Shown: positions 8,617 to 16,441 of the stretch, in pieces
How positions within the stretch are numbered: position 1 is the stretch's first letter
How the letters are laid out: the number at the start of each line of letters is the position of its first letter
NCBI GenBank assembly: GCA_036405895.1
Contig: DASWWS010000001.1
Span: 71,864 to 135,863 of the forward strand
Direction: 5' to 3'
From: Minisyncoccota bacterium
Lineage (GTDB): Bacteria; Patescibacteriota; Minisyncoccia; Phycocordibacterales; UBA9973
DNA: 64,000 nucleotides
Program-made: the position numbers and the translations under genes
The notes under the pieces: model-generated
Databases searched by the model: none
Told to the model about the DNA's origin: nothing
The model's input: only the letters and a program-made list of their open reading frames with translations

Positions 8617-9729
8617 ATGAAAATACTTTTGCAAAAAATTATCAGTACAATTATTTTTAGTGTATCTCTCTGCGTTCTTTTCGCAACGCCAAGCAGTGCT
8701 GCCACCCTTTCAGCAAGTGCGGCCCAACAGCAAGTGTATGCGGGAGATACGTTTGCAGTGGAATGGTTTCTCGATACAGAAAATCAATCAATCAATTTGA
8801 TTGACGCAGTGCTAACGTATTCATCAGAAACACTAGAAGTCATTGAACTCTCAACGGGTGTTTCCTCGTTTACGCTGTGGCCAAACCAGCCATATGTTCT
8901 CCGTGCTGGAACTATTAGCCTTACCGGAGGTATCCCTGCCGGAATTACAGGCGCGCGCGTGCGAGTACTGCGCACCGTATTTCGCGCAACTGCTCCCGGA
9001 ACTGCGACCATTGCCACCGCAGCTCCTTCACAGGTACTGCTTAACGACGGAATTGCAAGTGCACGGCCTCTTGGTGTGACACCTGTGGTTTTTGAAGTAC
9101 TGCCGGGCGACAGCGCGCCGTACAGCATCTACTCAACCACGCATCCGCTGGAAAACGTCTGGTACAAAAATACGCATGTGGAAATTGATTTTACACAAAT
9201 AAAGGGAGAAGAATACAGCTACAGCTTCAGCACAAATGCAGAACTTATTCCCGACGCTGTGCCGGACAAAGCAAGGACGCCGATTGTGTACGACAATATG
9301 CCAGACGGCGTGTATTACTTTACCCTGGCAAGCCGCTCTGGTGGCGGAGCGTGGCACGAAGCGCGCGTTTTTCGCGTACAGATCGATACCCAAGCTCCCG
9401 AATTTATTGATGCAAACATAGCGACAGATGAATCTCTGTTTGAAGGAAAAGCATTTGCAACATTTGCGGCAGTGGATAAGACTTCCGGTATTGAAAAGTA
9501 TGCAATAAAGAGCGGATGGTTTGGAACGTATAAGACTGCGACAACACCGTTTGAACTTCGCCGGCCGATTGTGGGAGATACGACATACATCCGTGCAATT
9601 GATAGGGCAGGAAATGTACAAACAACTGCGATCAATTTCCCTGGATACAGTAGACCGTTGTATGCGTATGTTGTTATACTATTGATACTAATAATTGTCG
9701 CTCTACGAATTCGACGAATACATTCATGA
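8617..9729 (+). CDS. Membrane-anchored cohesin-like domain protein
   Basis: Signal peptide (start moved to the ATG at 8617; the alternative upstream start is 8563). The N-terminal ~150 aa follow the cohesin-like pattern (ATLSASAAQQQVYAGDTFAVEWFLDTENQSINLIDAVLTYSSETLEVIELSTG...GITGARVRVLRTVFRATAPGTATIA...VLLNDG). Second beta-rich domain. C-terminal TM helix. Confidence 0.55.
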   Translation: MKILLQKIISTIIFSVSLCVLFATPSSAATLSASAAQQQVYAGDTFAVEWFLDTENQSINLIDAVLTYSSETLEVIELSTGVSSFTLWPNQPYVLRAGTISLTGGIPAGITGARVRVLRTVFRATAPGTATIATAAPSQVLLNDGIASARPLGVTPVVFEVLPGDSAPYSIYSTTHPLENVWYKNTHVEIDFTQIKGEEYSYSFSTNAELIPDAVPDKARTPIVYDNMPDGVYYFTLASRSGGGAWHEARVFRVQIDTQAPEFIDANIATDESLFEGKAFATFAAVDKTSGIEKYAIKSGWFGTYKTATTPFELRRPIVGDTTYIRAIDRAGNVQTTAINFPGYSRPLYAYVVILLILIIVALRIRRIHS

Positions 9730-10511
9730 AAAAAATTACGTTCTCTTTTTTGATAGTTCTTATTGCATGGTTTTGTGCAAGCGCTCCTGCAACAGCAGCT
9801 ACGCTTGTTGTGACTCCTCCGAGCGCGAGTGTTACCGAGGGTTCGACATTCTCCGTGAGCGTGCGAACTGATACGCAAGGACAGTCAGTCAATGTTGCCG
9901 AAGCGACTGTCGGGTTTTCAACAGACACCCTTGAAATAGTGAGCGTCAGTCCCGGCGCTACGTTTACCCTTCAGACCCCTGGCTCGCCAAGTAAAACCGC
10001 ATCAACGGCGTACTTTTCTGCGGGGATTCCTTCGGGCTACAACGGCTCGGCCGGGATGCTGGGCCGTATTACCTTCCGCGCAAAAAAGGCAGGGAAAGCA
10101 ACAATCAGCGTAACGTCCGGGAAAGTACTATTGAATGATGGAAATGCAACAAATGCGCTCAATGGAACTTCTGGTTCCGTAATCACTATCACGCCAAAAC
10201 CGGCTGTTGAACCGACAACTCCTATTAAAGAACCAGAAACCGCTGTTGTACCTCCTTCAATAGAAACACAGCCAGTAGTGGAAATGCCGATTGTTGTTAC
10301 TCCAACGCCTGTTCCAGAACCTGCGACCACGACTATTAGAACAAAAGATCTCTTCACTCTTATTTACATACTGATCGGCATTATCTTTATCCTTCTCGGG
10401 GTAATAATCGCACTCATTGCCGTGATTGCTCATAGAAAACCACTACCTCCCGTTGTACGAAAACCTCGCGCGAAAAAAGCAAAAGAAGAAGTACGGCTTT
10501 CGGATATCTAA
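9726..10511 (+). CDS. Membrane-anchored cohesin-like domain protein (paralog of 8617-9729)
   Basis: ATGA overlap with the upstream gene. Signal peptide. The domain is homologous to the previous gene's (ATLVVTPPSASVTEGSTFSVSVRTDTQGQSVNVAEATVGFSTDTLEIVSVSPG ... KVLLNDG). Pro/Thr linker, a C-terminal TM helix and a basic tail. Confidence 0.55.
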   Translation: MKKITFSFLIVLIAWFCASAPATAATLVVTPPSASVTEGSTFSVSVRTDTQGQSVNVAEATVGFSTDTLEIVSVSPGATFTLQTPGSPSKTASTAYFSAGIPSGYNGSAGMLGRITFRAKKAGKATISVTSGKVLLNDGNATNALNGTSGSVITITPKPAVEPTTPIKEPETAVVPPSIETQPVVEMPIVVTPTPVPEPATTTIRTKDLFTLIYILIGIIFILLGVIIALIAVIAHRKPLPPVVRKPRAKKAKEEVRLSDI

Positions 10512-10512
10512 T

Positions 10513-11001
10513 ATGAAGAACCGAGGATTCACTCTTATCGAACTTTTGGTGGTAATCGCAATCATCGGTATCTTGGCGTCAGTTGTTTTAGCTTCTCTTA
10601 ACAGTGCAAGGAAAAAAGCGCAAGACACAAAAATCAGAGCAGAGCTAAAGCAGTTAGCAACTGCCCTTGAATTCTATTTTGATAAATACGGTACCTATGT
10701 TGTTGCTGCTAGTGGGTGGAATGACTGTGGATGCGGGTATGTGACAAGCGATGCTGGACCAAGTGGAAGGACGATAGTACAAGCTCTTGTTGCAGAAGGA
10801 TTCATGTCAACAGATTTTGATGAGCCGGGCGGCATCAATTATATGCTCTATAATTGCGGTACCGAGCGTTATGCGCTCTCTGCAACCTTAAACAACCCCA
10901 CCGCACAGGATATTGCGTATGCTCAAACGACTTGTAATGCAACCGGAGGAAACGGCACCTATTCCCATTATGGGAAAAACTTTTCCATAGAAAAGCTCTA
11001 G
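10513..11001 (+). CDS. Type IV pilin-like protein, paralog 3
   Basis: MKNRGFTLIELLVVIAIIGILASVVLASLNSARKKAQDTK... Start moved to the ATG at 10513, two bases after the previous stop. Confidence 0.8.
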   Translation: MKNRGFTLIELLVVIAIIGILASVVLASLNSARKKAQDTKIRAELKQLATALEFYFDKYGTYVVAASGWNDCGCGYVTSDAGPSGRTIVQALVAEGFMSTDFDEPGGINYMLYNCGTERYALSATLNNPTAQDIAYAQTTCNATGGNGTYSHYGKNFSIEKL

Positions 11002-11023
11002 AAAACTGCGCTATACTATATAT

Positions 11024-11704
11024 ATGAAAAAAACAATCACTTGGATTATTGTACTTTTGGCTATTGGGGCGGGAGCATTTTTGTACTTGACTCGACCGGT
11101 AAAGGTAGAGGATAGCAGCACTACAGCGGGAGTTGAATCCGAGCTTTCTGCGGACAATAAAAAGGGAGAAACACTCTATCGAATCAACAAAGAGCAGTCG
11201 ACCGCAAAGTTCACGATTAAAGAAGATCTTCGCGGTGAGCCATTTACTGTTGTAGGAACAACCAATGATATAAGCGGGGATGTTGTTCTTAAGACGGAAG
11301 GAAAGGCAGAGCTTACGATTGGAACAATTCTTATCGACGTTCGCACCTTCAAAACTGACAATGCAAATCGGGACGGCGCAATCAATCGCCTCATTGTGCA
11401 GACCGGTACAGAGGGTCATGAATATGCAGTACTTACGAACACTTCTGTTTCCGGTCTTCCTGAAACGATTACTGTAGGCACCCCATTTACGTTTGAGGTA
11501 ACAGGAGACCTAATGCTTGCAGGAATAAAGAAACCGGCAACCTTTGCAGTAACTGCAACACAGAACGAGGGTTCATTGTCGGGAACATTGAGCTCAACCT
11601 TGAAGCGCTCTGACTACAAACTCGTTATTCCGAACATTCCGTTTGTTGCAAATGTGTCTGACGACTTTGTTGTCAGCGCGGACTTTGTTGCAGTAGCGCA
11701 ATAA
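11024..11704 (+). CDS. Secreted YceI-like domain protein
   Basis: Signal/TM. The core ...KFTIKEDLRGEPFTVVGTTNDISGDVVL...IDVRTFKTDNANRDGAINRLIV... resembles the YceI family. Confidence 0.55.
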   Translation: MKKTITWIIVLLAIGAGAFLYLTRPVKVEDSSTTAGVESELSADNKKGETLYRINKEQSTAKFTIKEDLRGEPFTVVGTTNDISGDVVLKTEGKAELTIGTILIDVRTFKTDNANRDGAINRLIVQTGTEGHEYAVLTNTSVSGLPETITVGTPFTFEVTGDLMLAGIKKPATFAVTATQNEGSLSGTLSSTLKRSDYKLVIPNIPFVANVSDDFVVSADFVAVAQ

Positions 11705-11710
11705 TACATA

Positions 11711-12232
11711 ATGAAAAACCGAGGCTTCACCTTAATAGAGCTCCTTGTTGTTATTGCAGTGATTGGCATTTTAGCATCTGTTGTTTTAGCGAGCTTGAAT
11801 AGTGCTCGCGTTAAGGCTCGTAATGTTCGTCGCAATGCGGACATCCGGGAATTGCAAAGTGCCTTTGCTTTGGCAGCAAGCGATACAGGATCGATGCCGA
11901 GCTCTGCCGGAAACTTTGAGGGGTGGGCATGCGTCAGTGCTACATGCTATCAAGGATGGAGTATATATAGTGCCAACAGCACAGTGGATACCTTTATCGC
12001 AACAACGATGCCGTCAAAACCTATTGACCCTCCGGGCGGTCGCGGATACGGCGGATATTTGTACCATAGTTCATCATTGGGAGCCACTAACTATGATGGA
12101 AGTGTTACCACTGCAGGCCCCGTATTACACTGGCTGTTGGAGCCACCCTACAAAGTTGGGATGTGTGGTGCCGGAAATGCAAACGCTGTAAATTCAAACT
12201 ATGTCGCCTGTGTTATTTCGATAGGAAGATAA
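11711..12232 (+). CDS. Type IV pilin-like protein, paralog 4
   Basis: The same N-terminus plus the WACVSATCYQGWS and PPGGRGYGGYLY blocks shared with paralogs 1 and 2. Confidence 0.8.
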   Translation: MKNRGFTLIELLVVIAVIGILASVVLASLNSARVKARNVRRNADIRELQSAFALAASDTGSMPSSAGNFEGWACVSATCYQGWSIYSANSTVDTFIATTMPSKPIDPPGGRGYGGYLYHSSSLGATNYDGSVTTAGPVLHWLLEPPYKVGMCGAGNANAVNSNYVACVISIGR

Positions 12233-12233
12233 T

Positions 12234-12268
12234 AAAAAAACCCACCGTTTGGCGGGTTTTTTTATTAT
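12234..12268. terminator. Bidirectional intrinsic terminator (A-run, GC hairpin CCCACCG/GGCGGG, T-run) between convergent genes
   Basis: aaaaaaacccaccgtttggcgggttttttt. Confidence 0.7.
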
Positions 12269-13377
12269 TGGGTTTTGAAAGTAATAACAACAAGTTCAGG
12301 CGAATTGAATGTGCGGAATGGGGGACCGAATGTTCCAACTCCGCTCGTGGTCAAAACCTGCATGGTATTGAAGAGATTGAGTCCGTAATAATATGCTCCG
12401 TATATTGGGCGGACGACATAGGTCATTGGCCAAAACTGTCCGTTGTGGGTATGACCCGAAACCATAAGGTTCACTCCGGCATTTTCAGCTTCAGCCAGAG
12501 AAGTAGGCGGGTGATTGATAAGGATGGCAGTTTTATTTTTGTCGAGAGAAAGATTCTCTAAAGCACTGTTTGCAGCAGTCTTACTCTCTGCATTGGTACC
12601 ATAATAGGTAAGGCCCGCAATCTGTACGCCCTTATGTTCAACCATTCTGTTATCAAGCACGGTTACGCCTGCATTTCGCACGGAGTTTACAAACATTTCA
12701 TAATCGCCGTATGTTTCATGATTTCCTGGTGCGTAAAATACTGGAATTTTTTCTGCAAGGCGCTTCCAGGAAACAGTAATGGGAGCAGTTTCAACTCTCG
12801 GTCCGTCATAAAAGTCTCCGGCATGAAGGACGAGATCGGGGTTGAGCGTGAGAATGTTATTGATAACTTTATCGGAAAACTTGGCATGGTTTACTAGCCC
12901 GAAGTGCGTGTCAGAAACAAGCACTGCACGCACACCATTCCACTCTTGCGGCAGGTTCGCAAGTGTTACCGAATATTCGACCGTTACGAAAGAACGGGAC
13001 TGAATAAGGCCTGTAATGCCAAGTAGTAGTGAGATGCTTAAAAAAGTAATTGGGATAAATAGTGGAAGTGCGGTTTTTGCAAGAGAAAAGCCAAGCATTA
13101 CCACCGAAAGGGCAAGTCCTCCAAGAAAGAGATAAAACCCAAAGCCCGCAATAATATTTATTGCACTATAGAGGGTTGGATGAAGCGATTGAGCGCTTCG
13201 GCCCATTGTCATGCCAAGAATAAAGCCCCCAAGGACAAGGAGGCCAGACGCCATTGCAGCTTTTGACCAGGCAGGAGAAAGGCGAAATGCTACAGCGTAC
13301 ATTTTCCCTGAGAGAATAATAAGGCCGATAAATCCGGCGAATACCAAGATACCGAGGAGCATTTTTGTTGAAATCAT
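12265..13377 (-). CDS. Membrane-anchored metallophosphoesterase (calcineurin-like)
   Basis: N-terminal TM helices followed by the GDxHG / GDxxD / GNHE / GHxH motif series (VLVSDTHFG, HAGDFYDGP, APGNHE, VSGHTHNGQ). Start trimmed to MISTKML (ATG at 13377) because the ORF-track extension overlaps the divergent helicase gene. Confidence 0.75.
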   Translation of the reverse strand: MISTKMLLGILVFAGFIGLIILSGKMYAVAFRLSPAWSKAAMASGLLVLGGFILGMTMGRSAQSLHPTLYSAINIIAGFGFYLFLGGLALSVVMLGFSLAKTALPLFIPITFLSISLLLGITGLIQSRSFVTVEYSVTLANLPQEWNGVRAVLVSDTHFGLVNHAKFSDKVINNILTLNPDLVLHAGDFYDGPRVETAPITVSWKRLAEKIPVFYAPGNHETYGDYEMFVNSVRNAGVTVLDNRMVEHKGVQIAGLTYYGTNAESKTAANSALENLSLDKNKTAILINHPPTSLAEAENAGVNLMVSGHTHNGQFWPMTYVVRPIYGAYYYGLNLFNTMQVLTTSGVGTFGPPFRTFNSPELVVITFKTQ

Positions 13378-13429
13378 GTGTGTCAGTATAGCAGGAAAAG
13401 GATGCGAAACAGCGTGATACAATGAAGCT

Positions 13430-16384
13430 ATGGATACCTTTGGAGAGGCGTATAAGACCTTAAACACCAAGCAAAAGCAGGCGGTGGATGCTATTGAAGG
13501 GCCGGTCATGGTGATTGCGGGCCCGGGTACCGGCAAGACACAGGTTTTGAGCCTTCGCATTGCGAACATTTTAACCAAGACCGATACTCCGCCTGACGGC
13601 ATACTGTGTCTGACATTTACCAATGCCGGCGTCAAAGCGATGCGCGAACGCTTGATGCGCTATATCGGACCCGCGGCCCTTCGTGTGAAGGTAAACACTT
13701 TTCATAGTTTCGCACTTTCTTTAATCGAAGAGTTTTATCACGCACTCGATTATGATATGGTGCCGATGCTTTTGGAAGACACCTCAACGGTGGCACTGTT
13801 TGACGAATTGCTTCACATGCGCGAGTGGCACCATGTGCGCCCCCGCTCGAACCCTTCGATGTACTTTCGCGATCTCAAATCCCTCATTTCAACTCTCAAG
13901 CGCGACCGTATTACCCCCGCTGCTTTTATTGAAAGCATAGAGCGCGAAATGGAGACACTGCGAAATGATCCTGCAAGCATCTCTTCTCGGGGAGAGACAA
14001 AGGGGCAGATAAAAAAAGACGTTGAAAAGAAATTGGAGAGCTTTGAGAGAAGTCTTGAAGCCGGAGCTTTTTATGCACTGTACGAAGAAGTGAAAAACGA
14101 ACGCGGGCTGATTGACTACAATGATGTGTTGGAGCATTTGGTAAAGCTTGTGGAAGTATCAGACGATGTGCGAGACACGATTCGGGAGCGATACTTGTAT
14201 GTATTGGTTGATGAGCACCAGGATTCAAGTGGTATTCAAAACGAATTCTTGCGGTTGGTATGGGCCGATACGGAACAACCAAACCTCTTTGTGGTGGGGG
14301 ATGATAGGCAGCTGATTTATGGATTTGGCGGTGCATCGCTTTCGCACTTTGAAGCATTCACGCGCGGCTTCGGTGAAGTTGCGCTTATTACCCTTACCGA
14401 GAACTACCGCTCCACACAAACAGTATTGGATATGGCAGAGGCGCTCTTGCAGAGTGATATGGCCGAAGGCAAGCTTACGGGAAATACGCTTGAAGCTCAC
14501 TCTCTGAAGCTGGTTGAAGCAAGCTATCCTCGTGACGAAATTATTCTCGCCGGCCTTTTCATGCAGGAAAAAATAGCAGCAGGGACAGACAGTAATGACT
14601 GTGCAATCTTGGTGCCCAAAAACCGCCAGGTAAAAAGTGCAATGCAAACGCTTCGCGATATGGGATTGCCGGTTGCTGCGAGTACAACATTGCAGTTGTT
14701 TGAGCTACCCGAAGCGCAGTCCTTGTTGAACGTGCTTCGCGTGGTTGCGAATCCGTTTGACAGTGTTTCACTGGTCCATTCGCTCCTTGACCCGCTCTCG
14801 AGCATCCCACCCCTGATTGCACACCGCTTTCTTTCTGCTCACAAAAAACCAACACTTGAAACACTCCTTCAGTCTGAAGATGAACCAGTACACAAATGGG
14901 CGATGAGCATTTCTGTATGGCTTTCTGTTGCACAGACAACAGACGCATACGGGCTTATTCAGCACATTGCCGAAGACTGTTTTCTTGTGGCAGAAGCGGG
15001 GGACGACGTAGTACGTCGGCGTGTTGAAATTGTCCGTACATTTTTGCATCTTGCGCTTTCGCAAAGCGAGCGTGGGACAAAGGTAACTGTCAGCGACTTT
15101 CTTTCATTTATTGCGCGCTTGGAAGAGTACAACGAAGACATTCCGCTTGCGGTGTTTGGTGCAGGCCATGGAATAAAAGTCCTCACATTACACGGCTCAA
15201 AAGGGCTTGAATTTGATGCGGTATGGATTGCGCATATGGACGAGCGCTCACTGATGGGAAGCAAGCGTCAGGCTTTTGCACTGCCTGAGGACTTATTAAA
15301 AGAAGAAGCGCTCCACGACGAATCGGTAAAAAAGCGCGAGCTCTATGTTGCAATCACTCGCGCAAAGCGGTTTTGCACTATTTCTTCTGCACGCCATAGT
15401 TATAGTGGGGCAGACCAAGTGCTTGCAAGCGTAGTGTCTGCACTACCAAGCGAACTCTTTGAAAAAAGCACAGCCGAAGAATCAGAGGCTCTTATTCTCA
15501 GTACTGCCCCGCGCTTGTACATCGACGCAGTACCGCCTGAAAAAACCGAAACGCATGATGTATTGCAAGAATTGGTGCGGGAAGAATATGCAAAACGCCG
15601 CGTATCGGTGACGATGCTCAATAACTTTTTTGAATGCACCTGGAAGTGGTATTTTAGAAACCTTCTGCAATTGCCGGAGCCAGAAAACGAGTCTCTCCAT
15701 GTTGGTACGGTAGTGCACGGCGCGATTGAGGCAGTGCTTAAAAACGGCGTTGTTGGTCTTGAAGAAACAATAGAGACGCTCGCGCTTCGCGAGGCACGCT
15801 ATGACGAAGTGCATGCAAGCCGGCTGGTTGCTCAAGCAACGCCGATTGTGAATTCATGGATTAAAACCACGCTTCCGGATATTGTAGCGCCGTATAGTAC
15901 AGAGCGTGCACTTTCGTATGTTGACCCCGACTTCGCGCATCTTACGTTGTTTGGAAAAATCGACTTGGTGGAAGAAATCATTACCGACGAAGTGCGCGTG
16001 ACAGACTGGAAAACAGGGAGTACAAAAACAAAGGCCGACATTGAAAAAGTCGATGAAGAGGGGCGAATGTCAGCGTATCTCCGCCAGCTCGCGATGTATT
16101 CGTATCTGTTGCAAGGCATGACGCGCGACAATACAAGTGTGTCAGAGTCCCGATTGGTCTTTCTTGAAGCAAAGGCGGGGGATAAGAACGCCATTGTATC
16201 TCGGCGCATCGCAGGAGAGGAGGTTGCAAAATTGCGCCAGGATATCCGGGATTATGATGAATTGGCAAAAACAGGAGCGTGGATGGCGCGTCCGTGCCGC
16301 GCGAAACTCTATAGAGAGGGGGACGTGTGCGAATACTGCGCTATGGCCCATAAATACGGGGTTTTACAGCGTATTAGCGAGTAA
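13430..16384 (+). CDS. UvrD/PcrA-family DNA helicase fused to a C-terminal PD-(D/E)XK nuclease with a Cys4 (Cas4/AddB-like Fe-S) cluster
   Basis: Walker A (AGPGTGKT). UvrD motifs (DEHQDSS, VVGDDRQLIYGF, TENYRS). C-terminal FFECTW (Cys1) ... IDLVEE...DWKTG (D/E-K) ... YLRQLAMYSYL ... CRAKLYREGDVCEYCAMA (Cys2-4). Confidence 0.8.
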   Translation: MDTFGEAYKTLNTKQKQAVDAIEGPVMVIAGPGTGKTQVLSLRIANILTKTDTPPDGILCLTFTNAGVKAMRERLMRYIGPAALRVKVNTFHSFALSLIEEFYHALDYDMVPMLLEDTSTVALFDELLHMREWHHVRPRSNPSMYFRDLKSLISTLKRDRITPAAFIESIEREMETLRNDPASISSRGETKGQIKKDVEKKLESFERSLEAGAFYALYEEVKNERGLIDYNDVLEHLVKLVEVSDDVRDTIRERYLYVLVDEHQDSSGIQNEFLRLVWADTEQPNLFVVGDDRQLIYGFGGASLSHFEAFTRGFGEVALITLTENYRSTQTVLDMAEALLQSDMAEGKLTGNTLEAHSLKLVEASYPRDEIILAGLFMQEKIAAGTDSNDCAILVPKNRQVKSAMQTLRDMGLPVAASTTLQLFELPEAQSLLNVLRVVANPFDSVSLVHSLLDPLSSIPPLIAHRFLSAHKKPTLETLLQSEDEPVHKWAMSISVWLSVAQTTDAYGLIQHIAEDCFLVAEAGDDVVRRRVEIVRTFLHLALSQSERGTKVTVSDFLSFIARLEEYNEDIPLAVFGAGHGIKVLTLHGSKGLEFDAVWIAHMDERSLMGSKRQAFALPEDLLKEEALHDESVKKRELYVAITRAKRFCTISSARHSYSGADQVLASVVSALPSELFEKSTAEESEALILSTAPRLYIDAVPPEKTETHDVLQELVREEYAKRRVSVTMLNNFFECTWKWYFRNLLQLPEPENESLHVGTVVHGAIEAVLKNGVVGLEETIETLALREARYDEVHASRLVAQATPIVNSWIKTTLPDIVAPYSTERALSYVDPDFAHLTLFGKIDLVEEIITDEVRVTDWKTGSTKTKADIEKVDEEGRMSAYLRQLAMYSYLLQGMTRDNTSVSESRLVFLEAKAGDKNAIVSRRIAGEEVAKLRQDIRDYDELAKTGAWMARPCRAKLYREGDVCEYCAMAHKYGVLQRISE

Positions 16385-16441
16385 AAGGACTATTCGTCAA
16401 CTCGCTCTCACTCTATAAAAATGCTATAATTTGCAGACTAA

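Noticed and set aside
12163-12561. 132-aa plus-strand ORF
   Set aside because: It lies entirely inside the minus-strand metallophosphoesterase gene and has no motif. Antisense ORF artefact.
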